Part shown: piece by piece, positions 17,064 to 27,308 of the stretch
Layout: each line of letters opens with the position of its first letter
Position numbering within the stretch: position 1 is the stretch's first letter
Assembly: GCA_040223615.1 (NCBI GenBank)
Contig: JAVKFY010000069.1
Coordinates: 1-64,000 of the forward strand
Source of the DNA: Alphaproteobacteria bacterium
GTDB taxonomy: Bacteria; Pseudomonadota; Alphaproteobacteria; GCA-2731375
Reading direction: 5' to 3'
Length of the DNA: 64,000 bases
Translations under genes and position numbers: made by a program
The notes under the pieces: model-generated
The model's input: the letters and a program-made list of their open reading frames with translations, nothing else
Databases searched by the model: none
Told to the model about the DNA's origin: nothing

Positions 17064-19799
17064 ATGCTGGGTATTGGAATTGCGTTGTTGGTTACCGCGA
17101 TCATCGTGATCGCGATCCTGTACGTGATTTCGATCTGGATATACAAACGCGCGCCCGCGAATATGTGCTTCATCCGCACCGGCTTCCTGGGCACCAAGGT
17201 CTGCCTCGGCAAGGGCGCCCTGGTCCTGCCGGTGTTCCACGAGGTCACCTGGGTCTCGCTGGAGACCATCAAGATCATCGTCAGCCGCGCCCGCGAGCAG
17301 GCGGTGCTGACGATCGACAATATCCGCGTCGACATCGGCGTCGAGCTCTATGCCCACGTCGGCCACACCGACGACATGGTGCTGACCGCCTCGCGCTCGC
17401 TGGGTGAGAAGACTTTCGATGCCGAACAGGTCCGCGCCCTGCTGGAGGCCAAGGTGGTCTCCGCCGTGCGCTCCTATGCGGCGACCATGACGCTGCAGCA
17501 GTTGCACGAGAACCGCGACGCCTTCGCCAAGGGCATCAAGGAGGCGGTGCTGGAGAGCTTCTCCGCCAACGGCCTGATGCTGGAGGAGGTGACCATCACC
17601 TCGCTGGAGCAGGCCTCCAAGGAATTCTTCAAGACCGACAACGTGTTCGACGCCGAGGGCCTGAAGGTGATCACCGACATCACCTCCAACGCCCGGCGCG
17701 AGGTGCACTCGACCGAGAAGCGCACCACCGTGGCGATCCGCCAGAAGGAACTCGACACCCAGCTCGAACTGCTGGAGATCGAGCGCAACGAGGCCTTCGC
17801 GCGCGCCAACCAGGACAAGGAAGTCGCCAACGAGCAGGCCCAGCAGCTCGGCCAGAAGCAGATCTTCGTGCTCGACCAGCGCCGCGCGGTCGAAGAGAAG
17901 GAGATCGAGAACGAAAAGGAACTGAACCGCACGCGCACCGAGCGCGACATATCCGCCAGCGAGGAAGAGCGCCGCCGCGAGGTCTCCGAGATCCGCAATG
18001 CGCTGACCCTGGAGCAGGAGCGCCGCGACCGCGAGATCGCCATCATCGCCAAGGCGCAGGAAGAGGAACTGGCCAACATCAGCCGCCGCCTCACCCTGGA
18101 GAAGGCCGAGCGCGACCGCGAGATCGAGTTGCTGTCGAAGTCGGAGCAGGTCGAGCTGGCGGAGATCCGCCGCGGCCTGACCCGGGAGCGGGCCGAGAAG
18201 GACCGAGAGATCGAGCTGATCGACAAGGACCGCGAACGCGAGCAGGCCGACATCCAGCGTCTGACCGCGATCACCCGGGAGTCCGAGACCGCCCGCGACG
18301 AACGCCATCGCGCCGAGCGCGAGGCCGGCCTCGCGATCCGCCAGCGCGAGAAGGAAGTCCACCTCCTGAATCTCGACATCGAGAAGACCGAGGCCTTCGC
18401 CGACGCCCTGCAGGAGACCGAGGTCTCCAACGAGCGCGCCCGCGTACTGGCCGAGCAGCAGCGCTACATCCTCGACCGCCGGCTGGAGGTCGCGGAGGAA
18501 GAGATCGACAAGGCGCTGGCCATCGAGAAGGCGCAGATCGCCAAGGAGGCCGCTGCCGCCGAGGCCGCCAAGGCGCAGGACGCAGCTGAAATCGCCCGCG
18601 CGTTGGCCCGCGAGACCGAGGAACGCGCCCGCGCCATCGCGCTGGCCGGCAAGGACGCCGAACTACGCCGCACCGAGGTCCAGCAGGCGCTGACCGTCGA
18701 GGTCGAGGAGCGCAACCGCGAAATCGCCCTGATCGCCAAGGACCAGGAGCGCGAGAGCGCCGACATCCGCCGCATGCTGGCGCGCGAGCTGGAGGAGCGC
18801 GACCGCGAGATCGCACTGACCCAGAAGCAGAAGCAGCTCGAGGCGGCCGAGGTCGACAAGCTGACCACCACCGCCGAACGCGAGCGCGCCGCGCACGAGG
18901 TCGAATCCGTTCGCCACGTCGCCGACGCCCAGCGGACCAAGGAGATCGAGCTGATCGCCGCTGCCCAGGCCGCCGAGCGCCAGCGCATCGAGGAAGACGC
19001 CAAGGCGCAGATCACGCGCATGCACATGGTCACCCAGTCCGAGGCCCGCAAAGCCTCGGCCAAGGACGATGCCGAGGCGATCATGGTGCGCGCCCAGGCC
19101 GGCGCCGACGCGCAGAAGATCACCGCCGACGGCATCGAGCGCGAGGCCGGCGCGGTCGGGCGCGCCGAGGCCGAGGTCGAGGGCCTGCGCGTGCGCAACA
19201 CGCAACGCGCGCTGGAGGCCGAGGCCAAGGGCATCGAGGCCAAGGCCGAGGCGCTGGCCAAGTACAACGAGGCCGCGACCTTCCTGGAGCTTGCCAAGCT
19301 GCGCATCGAGGCCGAGCGCGAGATCCACGTGCAGCAGGCCACCTCGATGGGCACAGCACTCAGCGGCGCGCAGATCCGCATGTACGGCGACGGCGGCAAT
19401 GGCACCGTCGACACCATCCGCGGCATGTTCACCAAGGGCTTCGCGCTGGGCGAGGTGCTGGAGGGCGTGGCGCAGTCGCTGCCCGAAGGACTGCGCCGGC
19501 GGCTCTCGGCGACCGGCCTGGCCGGCCTGATCGGCGCCGCGCCGTCGAACCGCGACCTGCTGGCGGCGATGGGCGCGTTGCAGGACCTGGTGCGTGGCAG
19601 CTTGAGCAACCGCGAGGCCCGCTCGGTGCCGTTCCCCGAGGCGGTGCAGACGCTCGCGGATGCGGCCGATGGCGACAGCCAGACCCGCGCGGTGGAGCTG
19701 CTGGGCGCGCTGAACGCCGACGACGTGCTGGCCGACGTGCCGTTCGAGACCGTCTGGTCGCTGCTTCAGGCCATGGCCCGCGCCGCCTCCGACGAGTAG
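17064..19799 (+). CDS. flotillin/SPFH (band 7) family protein with extended coiled-coil repeat region
   Basis: N-terminal TM helix plus SPFH domain (…VLPVFHEVTWVSLETIKIIVSRAREQAVLTIDNIRVDIGVELYAHV…). This is followed by ~450 aa of E/R/K-rich heptad repeats (…ERDREIELL…, ≥6 units of ~29 aa) and a C-terminal flotillin tail. Confidence 0.8.
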   Translation: MLGIGIALLVTAIIVIAILYVISIWIYKRAPANMCFIRTGFLGTKVCLGKGALVLPVFHEVTWVSLETIKIIVSRAREQAVLTIDNIRVDIGVELYAHVGHTDDMVLTASRSLGEKTFDAEQVRALLEAKVVSAVRSYAATMTLQQLHENRDAFAKGIKEAVLESFSANGLMLEEVTITSLEQASKEFFKTDNVFDAEGLKVITDITSNARREVHSTEKRTTVAIRQKELDTQLELLEIERNEAFARANQDKEVANEQAQQLGQKQIFVLDQRRAVEEKEIENEKELNRTRTERDISASEEERRREVSEIRNALTLEQERRDREIAIIAKAQEEELANISRRLTLEKAERDREIELLSKSEQVELAEIRRGLTRERAEKDREIELIDKDREREQADIQRLTAITRESETARDERHRAEREAGLAIRQREKEVHLLNLDIEKTEAFADALQETEVSNERARVLAEQQRYILDRRLEVAEEEIDKALAIEKAQIAKEAAAAEAAKAQDAAEIARALARETEERARAIALAGKDAELRRTEVQQALTVEVEERNREIALIAKDQERESADIRRMLARELEERDREIALTQKQKQLEAAEVDKLTTTAERERAAHEVESVRHVADAQRTKEIELIAAAQAAERQRIEEDAKAQITRMHMVTQSEARKASAKDDAEAIMVRAQAGADAQKITADGIEREAGAVGRAEAEVEGLRVRNTQRALEAEAKGIEAKAEALAKYNEAATFLELAKLRIEAEREIHVQQATSMGTALSGAQIRMYGDGGNGTVDTIRGMFTKGFALGEVLEGVAQSLPEGLRRRLSATGLAGLIGAAPSNRDLLAAMGALQDLVRGSLSNREARSVPFPEAVQTLADAADGDSQTRAVELLGALNADDVLADVPFETVWSLLQAMARAASDE

Positions 19800-19809
19800 T
19801 CGCGCCCCG

Positions 19810-20919
19810 ATGGCCGCCTACGACGTCGTCCTGGAGCACGTTGACAAGACCTACCCCGGCGGCGTGCGCGCGGTGATCGACTTCAATGCCGAGATCGAAC
19901 GCGGCGAGTTCGTCGCCATGCTCGGCCCCTCCGGCTGCGGCAAGACCACGACATTGCGCATGATCGGCGGCCTGGAAGAGGCCACGACGGGCAAGATCTA
20001 CATCTCCGGCGAGGACGTCACCGACCTGCCGCCCTCGCACCGCAACACCGCGATGATGTTCCAGTCCTTCGCCCTGTTCCCGCACCGGACGGTGGCGCAG
20101 AATGTCGAGTTCTCGCTGAAGATGAAGGGCATCGACCGCGACGCCCGCATGCGCGAGGTCTACCGCATGCTGGAGATGGTCGGGCTGGACCAGCTCGCCA
20201 ACCGGCGCCCGGCCGACTTGTCCGGCGGCCAGCAGCAGCGCGTGGCACTGGCCCGCGCGCTGATCAGCCGGCCGACCGTGCTGCTGCTCGACGAGCCGCT
20301 GGGCGCGCTCGACTACTCGCTGCGTCAGCAGATGATGGTCGAGCTGAAGCGCATCCAGCGCGAGCTGAACATCACCTTCGTCATGGTCACGCACAGCCAG
20401 CAGGAGGCGATGTCGATGGCCGACAAGGTGATCGTGATGTCCGACGCGCTGATCCAGCAGACCGGTACCAGCAAGGAAATCCACGAGCAGCCGAAGACCC
20501 GGTTCGTCGCCGAGTTCATCGGCAACAACAATCTGTTCCAGGGCCGGATTACCTCGCGCTCCGGTTCCATGGTGTTCGTGGAATCGCTGGGCAACCTGTT
20601 CTACGTGCGCGTCGCCGACGACCAGCGCGACGTCGAGATCGGCCGCGAGGTGCATTTCTCGGTGCGCTCCGACCTGATGGCGACCGGCGTGCGCGAAGAC
20701 ATGGCCAACCGGGTGGAGGGCACGTTCGTGGCCTCCGAATTCCTCGGCACCTTGCAGACCGACGTGTTCGAGATCGCGCCCAAGCTCTACGTCTCCGTCG
20801 AGCACCACCGCCAGGCACAAGACCGCGAATACCGCGTCGGCGAGGTCGAGACCCTGTGCTGGCCCGCCGATGCCGGCGTCCTGCTGGAAGAAGCCGCCCG
20901 CCCGCCGGAAGCGGCTTAG
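19810..20919 (+). CDS. ABC transporter ATP-binding protein, PotA/MalK/FbpC type with C-terminal TOBE-like domain (orphan; no adjacent permease)
   Basis: Walker A GPSGCGKTT, signature LSGGQQQRVALARAL, Walker B LLLDEPLGALD; starts 11 nt after flotillin stop. Confidence 0.85.
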   Translation: MAAYDVVLEHVDKTYPGGVRAVIDFNAEIERGEFVAMLGPSGCGKTTTLRMIGGLEEATTGKIYISGEDVTDLPPSHRNTAMMFQSFALFPHRTVAQNVEFSLKMKGIDRDARMREVYRMLEMVGLDQLANRRPADLSGGQQQRVALARALISRPTVLLLDEPLGALDYSLRQQMMVELKRIQRELNITFVMVTHSQQEAMSMADKVIVMSDALIQQTGTSKEIHEQPKTRFVAEFIGNNNLFQGRITSRSGSMVFVESLGNLFYVRVADDQRDVEIGREVHFSVRSDLMATGVREDMANRVEGTFVASEFLGTLQTDVFEIAPKLYVSVEHHRQAQDREYRVGEVETLCWPADAGVLLEEAARPPEAA

Positions 20920-20976
20920 CCTCTGCGCCTCGTCATCCCGGGCAAGCGCAGTGCGGCCGGGATGACGGATGGCGCG

Positions 20977-23900
20977 CTACCGAAAACTCCGTCCCTTCGG
21001 CAGCACCTCGCGCGGATCGCGACCGAGGCGTTTCACCTCGTCGGCGCGGGCCAACACCGCCGGCATGTTCTCTTGCGCCGTCAGGATCGCCAGCGCCGTC
21101 GACCGATCCGTGATCTCGTCCGCCATCACGTGGATGACGATGCCCTCGCGCTCGACCCGGCCGCGCACCGCGATCAGCCGGCTGGCCAGCACCACGCGGC
21201 GGAAGCGCTCGAAGATCGGCGACCGGACGATCAGGTTGGCGACCCCGGTCTCGTCCTCCAGGGTGACGAAGATGACGCCCTTGGCGGTGCCCGGGCGCTG
21301 GCGCACCAGCACCAGCCCGGCGACCTCCACCCGCGTCCCCTGGCGCAGCGCCATCAGCCGGCTGGCCTGCACCGCGCGTGGAAAATGATCGCGCAGCAGT
21401 TCCATCGGGTGCGCCTTCAGCGACAGGCGCAGCGCCTCGTAGTCCTGCACCACGTGCTCGCCCAGTGCCATCGCCGGCAGCGTCACGGCGGGCTCGACAG
21501 CCGCGTCCGGGCTGGCGGCGCGCGCCTCGGCGGCGGCGAACAGCGGCAGCGGCGGTTCGCCCAGGCCGCGGATCGCCCACAGCGCCTGGCGTCGATCCAG
21601 CCCGCATGAGCGCCAGGCGTCGGCATGCGCCAGCTTCTGCAACGTCGCCGGCCGCAAGCCCACCCGCTCCCACAAGGCGCGCGGGTCGGCATAGCCGTCG
21701 CCGCGCAACGCCACCAGGCGGCGCATCTCGTCCTCGCGCAGCCCCTTCATCTGGCGAAAGCCCAGCCGCAGCGCGACCACCGCATCCGGCCCCTGCCCGC
21801 CGACCGGCTCCAGCGTGTTGTCCCAGTCCGACAGGTTCACGTCGACCGGCCGCGCTTCCACGCCATGCTCGCGCGCGTCGCGCACGATCTGCGCCGGCGC
21901 GTAGAACCCCATCGGCTGGCTGTTGAGGAGCGCGGCGGCGAACACCGCCGGGTAATGACACTTCATCCAGGCCGAGACATAGACCAGCAGCGCGAACGAA
22001 GCCGCGTGGCTCTCCGGGAAGCCATATTCGCCGAAGCCCTCGATCTGCTTGAAGCAGCGCTCGGCGAAGTCGCGCTCGTAGCCACGCATCACCATGCCGT
22101 CGACCATCTTGGCGTGGAAGTCGCCGATCGTGCCGGTGCGCCGGAAGGTCGCCATCGCGCGGCGCAGCTGGTCGGCCTCCGACGGCGTGAAGCCGGCGGC
22201 GACGATGGCGATCTTCATCGCCTGTTCCTGGAACAGCGGGATGCCGAGCGTCTTGCCCAGCACCTGCTCCAGGGCCTTCGACGGGAAGCTCACCGCCTCC
22301 TTGCCGGCACGCCGGCGCAGGTAGGGATGCACCATGTCGCCCTGGATCGGGCCGGGTCGCACGATCGCCACCTCGATCACCAGGTCGTAGAAGTCGCGCG
22401 GGCGCAACCGGGGCAGCATCGTCATCTGCGCCCGGCTCTCGACCTGGAACACGCCCAGCGAGTCGGCCCGGCACAGCATGTCGTAGGTCGGCGCGTCCTC
22501 CGCCGGCACGCCGGCCAGGTCGAGGTCGAGGTCATGGTGCGCGCGCAGCAGGTCGAAGCCCTTGGCGATGCAGGTCAGCATGCCGAGCGCCAACAGGTCG
22601 ATCTTCAGAATGCGCAAGGTGTCGAGGTCGTCCTTGTCCCACTCGATCACGGTGCGGTCGTCCATCGCCGCGTTCTCGATCGGCACCACCTGGCTCAGCG
22701 GCCCGCGGGTGATGACGAAGCCGCCGACATGTTGCGACAGATGGCGCGGGAAGCCGATCAGCGCGCGCGCCAGCTCGAGCGCCTGACCCAGGCGGCGGTC
22801 GTCCGGGTCCAGGCCGATCTCGCGCACCTTGGCCGCGTCGACGTCCTCGCTGCCCCAGCCCCAGATATTGTCGGCCAGCGCGCCGACCACGTCGGCCGAC
22901 AGCCCCATCGCCTTGCCGACCTCGCGGATCGCGCTCTTGGCGCGATAGCTGATCACGGTGGCGGCCAGACCGGCGCGGTCACGGCCGTATTTCGCGTAGA
23001 CATATTGCAGCACTTCCTCGCGCCGCTCGTGCTCGAAGTCGACGTCGATGTCGGGCGGCTCGTTGCGTTCCGCCGACACGAAGCGCTCGAACAGCAGGTC
23101 GAGCTTGGCCGGGTCGACCGCGGTGATGCCCAGGCAATAGCAGACCGCGGAGTTCGCCGCCGAGCCGCGCCCCTGGCACAGGATGTTCTTCGAGCGCGCG
23201 AAACGCACGATGTCGGCGACGGTCAGGAAATAGGGCGCGTAGTCGAGCTCGCCAATCAGGCTCAGCTCGTGGCGCAGGGTGGCGCGCACGGCTTCGGGGA
23301 TGTCGCCGTCGTAGCGGCCATGCGCGCCCTGCCAGGTCTGCTGCTCCAGTTCCTGCTGCGGCGTCATGCCATCAGGCACCGGCTCGGCCGGATACTCGTA
23401 GCGCAGCTCGTCCAGCGAGAAGGTGCAGCGCGCGACGATCTCGCCGGTGCGCGCGACGGCTGGCGCGTGGTCGGCGAACAGGCGCGCCATCTCCACCGGC
23501 GGCTTCAGGTGGCGCTCGGCATTGGCGGCCAGGCGCCAGCCAGCGGTGTCGACCGTGCAATGCGCGCGAATGCAGGCCAGCACGTCCTGCAGCGGCCGGC
23601 GCGAGGGCACGTGGTAGAGCACGTCGTTGGTCGCCAGCAGCGCTGCACCGGTCCGGTCGGCCTGCGCCGCCAGCTCGGCGATGCGCCGGCGGTCGTCGCC
23701 GCGATAGAGAAAGCTCGCCGCCAGGTAGCAGCGCCCGGCCCAGCGTTCGGCCAGGCGACGCAGCGTGCCGTCGTCGACCGGCGGCAACACGACGAAGACC
23801 TGGCCCTCGTCGTGCTGCAGCACATCGTCCAGGCGCAGCCAGCACTGGCCCTTCGGCGCGCGGCGGCGGCCCACGGTGAGTAGCTGCGACAGCCGGCCGT

Positions 23901-24189
23901 AGGCGGCGCGGTCGGTCGGATAGCACAGGACGCTCAAGGATGGCTCGGCGGCGTGCTTGTCGAGGCCGAGGTCGAGCCGGGCGCCAACCACCAGCCGCAG
24001 CCCGGCCTTCTTCGCCGCCGCGTGCGCGCGCACCACCCCGGCCAGCGTGTTGCGGTCGGTCACGGCGATCGCCTCGTGGCCGAGTGCGGCGGCGGTCAGC
24101 ACCAGCTCGTCGGGATGGCTGCCGCCGTTCAGGAAGCTGAAATTGGTGGTGACCTGGAGTTCTGTGTAGGTCATGGCATCGGCCACCAC
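20977..24189 (-). CDS. dnaE2: error-prone DNA polymerase DnaE2 (ImuC)
   Basis: 1070 aa; PHP domain N-terminus (TYTELQVTTNFSFLNGGSHPDELV), Pol III alpha core, OB fold. Confidence 0.9.
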   Translation of the reverse strand: MVADAMTYTELQVTTNFSFLNGGSHPDELVLTAAALGHEAIAVTDRNTLAGVVRAHAAAKKAGLRLVVGARLDLGLDKHAAEPSLSVLCYPTDRAAYGRLSQLLTVGRRRAPKGQCWLRLDDVLQHDEGQVFVVLPPVDDGTLRRLAERWAGRCYLAASFLYRGDDRRRIAELAAQADRTGAALLATNDVLYHVPSRRPLQDVLACIRAHCTVDTAGWRLAANAERHLKPPVEMARLFADHAPAVARTGEIVARCTFSLDELRYEYPAEPVPDGMTPQQELEQQTWQGAHGRYDGDIPEAVRATLRHELSLIGELDYAPYFLTVADIVRFARSKNILCQGRGSAANSAVCYCLGITAVDPAKLDLLFERFVSAERNEPPDIDVDFEHERREEVLQYVYAKYGRDRAGLAATVISYRAKSAIREVGKAMGLSADVVGALADNIWGWGSEDVDAAKVREIGLDPDDRRLGQALELARALIGFPRHLSQHVGGFVITRGPLSQVVPIENAAMDDRTVIEWDKDDLDTLRILKIDLLALGMLTCIAKGFDLLRAHHDLDLDLAGVPAEDAPTYDMLCRADSLGVFQVESRAQMTMLPRLRPRDFYDLVIEVAIVRPGPIQGDMVHPYLRRRAGKEAVSFPSKALEQVLGKTLGIPLFQEQAMKIAIVAAGFTPSEADQLRRAMATFRRTGTIGDFHAKMVDGMVMRGYERDFAERCFKQIEGFGEYGFPESHAASFALLVYVSAWMKCHYPAVFAAALLNSQPMGFYAPAQIVRDAREHGVEARPVDVNLSDWDNTLEPVGGQGPDAVVALRLGFRQMKGLREDEMRRLVALRGDGYADPRALWERVGLRPATLQKLAHADAWRSCGLDRRQALWAIRGLGEPPLPLFAAAEARAASPDAAVEPAVTLPAMALGEHVVQDYEALRLSLKAHPMELLRDHFPRAVQASRLMALRQGTRVEVAGLVLVRQRPGTAKGVIFVTLEDETGVANLIVRSPIFERFRRVVLASRLIAVRGRVEREGIVIHVMADEITDRSTALAILTAQENMPAVLARADEVKRLGRDPREVLPKGRSFR

Positions 24190-24243
24190 CTCGTCACCCC
24201 GGCCTGGGCCCCGGGTCTTCGCCCGGAGTGACGAGGTGGTACG

Positions 24244-25797
24244 TCACGCGAAGAAACCGTGCACGTACCAGCGCGGCTCGGCGGCGGCGGGATAGAGGCC
24301 GTCGCGGTAGACCCACAGGCGCTGCCCCTCGCCGTCTTCCAGCCGGTAGTAGTCGCGCGTCGTCGTCGCCAGCTCGGTCTCATCCTGGCGCCACCATTCC
24401 GGCGCGATGCGTTCCGGGCCGTCGGCGCGGCGGATGCGCCACGACCGGCCGCGCCAGCGTAGAAGCACCGGCGGCCCGTCCGGCACCTCCGCGACCGCGT
24501 CCACCGGTTCCGGCCGGTGCAGCAATTCCACCGGACGCGGCACGGTCTCGGCCCAACTCACCTTTGCCGGCGGCGCCAGCGCCGGCGCGGCGATGACCGC
24601 GCGCTCCGGCAGGTGGCTCTCGTGCGGGTCGAGCCGGACCACGGCCCGCGGTCCCAGCCGGTTGGTCAGCCGGTCGACCAGCAACGCCAGCGCCGGGTCG
24701 TGCGCCGCCTCCGGCCCGAAGCTGGGGAGGTTGACCTGCCGGTCGGCCAGCGCCTCGGTACGTGGCGCCGCCAGGGTCAGCACATCGGCGCCAAGCCCGA
24801 GGTCGAGGTCCTCCAGCCGCTCGCGCACCAGCCGGGCGAGGTGCGCCGGCGTGCGGCTCGGCCGGGTCAGGCCGGCGACCAGCTCGCTGACCTCGCCGTC
24901 GCTGCGATAGGCGCGGAACACCAGCCGGCGCGCGCCACGCCCGGCCTGACGCAGCGAACGGCACAGCGTGGCGCTGAGCCGTTCCGCGGCGGCAGCGAGG
25001 TCATCCAAGTGGCCGATCGGCTCGGGGAACACCATGCGGGCCAGGAAGGCCGGCGCCGGCTGGCGCGGCGTCAGGCTCTCGTTCTGCCGGCCGGCCGCGA
25101 GATCGAGCCGACTCGCCAGGGCCGGCCCGAACCGCTGCGCCAGCGCGGCGCGCGGCAGCGACGCGACCTGCGCCACCGTGTGCAGGCCGAGTCGGCCCAG
25201 TTCGTCGGCCTGTCCGGCCGGCAGCCGCAGCGCCGCCACCGGCAGCGGCGCCAGCGCCACCAGGTCCTCGCCCGGCGGCACGATGGTGCGCGACAGGTGC
25301 GCGAAACGGGCGATGCCCCAGGCCGCGGCGGCCGAGCCGGCGATGGCCAGGCGCGCCGCGATGCCCGCCTCGCCGAGCCGTCGCGCCAGGTCGGCCAGGA
25401 GCTTGGCCTCACCGCCGAACAGGTGCGCGCAGCCGGTCAGGTCGACGACCAGTCCGTCGTCGCCGTCGACCGCCGCCCACGGGCTGTAGCGCGTCGCCCA
25501 GTCGGCCAGCGCCACCAAGGCTTTCGCATCGGCCGCCGGCGCCGCGTCGCGCACCGTCAACGCCGGCACGATGGCGCGGGCGTCGGCCAGCGAGCGTCCC
25601 GGCGCCAGGCCGATCAACCCGGCGGCCTCGTTGACCGCGGTGAGCCTGAGCGCGCCGGCCTCCGGCGCCACCAGCACCAGCGGCCGTTCAGGCGATGGCG
25701 GCGCGCTTCCCGGTTGCGCGTTCTTCTGGCGCCGCCAGGCCCGGTTCAAGCGGTCGGTCGGCCACCTCGGCAGCCAGATGGACAGTACTCGACGCAT
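24244..25797 (-). CDS. imuB: ImuB, Y-family DNA polymerase-like protein of the imuA-imuB-dnaE2 mutasome
   Basis: MRRVLSIWLPRWPTDRL… N-terminus characteristic of ImuB. Confidence 0.85.
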   Translation of the reverse strand: MRRVLSIWLPRWPTDRLNRAWRRQKNAQPGSAPPSPERPLVLVAPEAGALRLTAVNEAAGLIGLAPGRSLADARAIVPALTVRDAAPAADAKALVALADWATRYSPWAAVDGDDGLVVDLTGCAHLFGGEAKLLADLARRLGEAGIAARLAIAGSAAAAWGIARFAHLSRTIVPPGEDLVALAPLPVAALRLPAGQADELGRLGLHTVAQVASLPRAALAQRFGPALASRLDLAAGRQNESLTPRQPAPAFLARMVFPEPIGHLDDLAAAAERLSATLCRSLRQAGRGARRLVFRAYRSDGEVSELVAGLTRPSRTPAHLARLVRERLEDLDLGLGADVLTLAAPRTEALADRQVNLPSFGPEAAHDPALALLVDRLTNRLGPRAVVRLDPHESHLPERAVIAAPALAPPAKVSWAETVPRPVELLHRPEPVDAVAEVPDGPPVLLRWRGRSWRIRRADGPERIAPEWWRQDETELATTTRDYYRLEDGEGQRLWVYRDGLYPAAAEPRWYVHGFFA

Positions 25798-26443
25798 CGT
25801 CCCACTCCATCAGCCAGTGCCGCGGCCGGCCGCCGCGGCAACGTTGCAGGTCGACTCGCCAGCGCGTCGCCCCGACGCCGGCATAGCCTTCGGTCGGCCG
25901 GCTCGGCGCCGGCGCCACCAGCCAGCGGGTCGCGGCCGCGGTCGGCGCCAGGCGGCTTTGCGGCGGCCGCAGCGCGATCGCCGTGACTCCGCCGGCCTCG
26001 GCCGCGAGCTGCAGCCGCCGGCTGGCGGTCAGGTCGAGACGATCCAGGCGCGCGACCACGACCGCCGGCCGGCCCGACTTCAGCCCCTCCTCCATCGCCC
26101 ACAGCCGGTCCTCCGGACGCCGGCCGGCGACGCAGACCAGCCGCACCGGATCGAGTCCGAACGCGCGCAGCCCCGGCGGATAGGGCAGCCAGGCGCCGCA
26201 CCACAGCACGATCCCGTCGGCCCCGGCGCGCCGCGCCGCGAGCCAGGCGGCGAAGCCGGTGCCAACGCCATCGCTGGCGCCGACCACCTCGTGCAGCGCC
26301 GCACTGGCCAGGCCGTCGCCCAACGCCTCGTCGACCGCGTCGACGGCGAGGCAAAAGCGCCCGGCGCGCGCCGGTGCCGCCCGCTCCAGCCGCGCCACCT
26401 GACGCTGCAGGCGCGCCACCACACCCCGCCGGGCACCAGCCAT
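25688..26443 (-). CDS. imuA: ImuA (SulA/RecA-like translesion synthesis protein)
   Basis: RecA-fold remnant (…AALHEVVGASDGVGTGFAAWLAARRAG…); alternative start at 26461; overlaps imuB start by ~110 nt. Confidence 0.8.
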   Translation of the reverse strand: MAGARRGVVARLQRQVARLERAAPARAGRFCLAVDAVDEALGDGLASAALHEVVGASDGVGTGFAAWLAARRAGADGIVLWCGAWLPYPPGLRAFGLDPVRLVCVAGRRPEDRLWAMEEGLKSGRPAVVVARLDRLDLTASRRLQLAAEAGGVTAIALRPPQSRLAPTAAATRWLVAPAPSRPTEGYAGVGATRWRVDLQRCRGGRPRHWLMEWDDASSTVHLAAEVADRPLEPGLAAPEERATGKRAAIA

Positions 26444-26463
26444 GTGTCTCGATCCTGACATAT

Positions 26464-26478
26464 GTTCCTATTATGTTC
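26464..26478 (-). promoter_or_regulatory. alphaproteobacterial-type LexA (SOS) box GTTC-N7-GTTC upstream of imuA
   Basis: gttcctattatgttc (direct repeat GTTC N7 GTTC) 20 nt upstream of the 26443 start of imuA. Confidence 0.6.
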
Positions 26479-26568
26479 TCATTTGAGGCGCAGTCAACCA
26501 CCGACCGGCCCGGGCCGACCGCGTCCGCCTCACGTCACAGGAAAAGGGGTTGAACCGCCCGCTGCAGC

Positions 26569-27129
26569 TTAAGGGTTGGAATCCCCCATCAGGGCCAACC
26601 GCAGATCGGACGAAACCGGCGTCTCGCCAACCCACTGCTCCAGCATCGAGCGCATCAGGCCGTGCCCCGGATCGAACACCACCACCTCGTCGTTGATCAG
26701 GATCCAGGTGCCTTCCGTCGGCACGTAGCGGAACAGGACCACGTCGCCGCCGGATACGTCGCGGTAGGCCGCGCGCAGGCGGGAGAACATCTTGGTCGTC
26801 ACTTCCGAACGCACCGCCTCGCGCCACTGCTCGGGCAAACGGTCGGGGAGGTCGTCGTGGATTACCGATATCCGGATCGCCGACGCGGTCCGCTTGTCCA
26901 TGATGAAGGGCATCGATCGGCTCCGCTCCGGCAGATAGAGCGCACACTCGTAAACCCGCATGAAGTACATCACCCGCGTGCCAACGCCGTTCAGCACCAG
27001 CGCATGCTTGTCGGACTGCAACACCCGCGGTGGCAGCGGCTCCATCGCCCTGGCTGCGCCGGAGATGGCAACCGCACCCAGGCACGACGCCATTAGCGCC
27101 ATCGACACTCGCCAAATCATACCGCGCAA
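26569..27129 (-). CDS. chalcone isomerase-like family protein (periplasmic, unknown function)
   Basis: 186 aa with signal peptide; pattern HALVLNGVGTRVMYFMRVYECALYLPE typical of bacterial Chalcone_3 proteins. Confidence 0.5.
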   Translation of the reverse strand: MRGMIWRVSMALMASCLGAVAISGAARAMEPLPPRVLQSDKHALVLNGVGTRVMYFMRVYECALYLPERSRSMPFIMDKRTASAIRISVIHDDLPDRLPEQWREAVRSEVTTKMFSRLRAAYRDVSGGDVVLFRYVPTEGTWILINDEVVVFDPGHGLMRSMLEQWVGETPVSSDLRLALMGDSNP

Positions 27130-27308
27130 CCGCTTTCACTCCCGAGCGACCAACATCCCTCCCGGAAAATTCACCGACAGATGCCGTTCTAATGTAACAC
27201 GGACGAACCTGACGGGTTCCGGCCGACCACGAGACCGTGACCGAAACCGGCACCATGCCGGACCGCCAACGCGGTGAAAGCGCGACTGGTATCCGAGGCG
27301 CTCTCGCG

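Noticed and set aside
25688-25797. 110-nt imuA/imuB overlap as a programmed frameshift
   Set aside because: No slippery heptamer was recognised. More likely an alternative start or ordinary long overlap. Noted but not claimed
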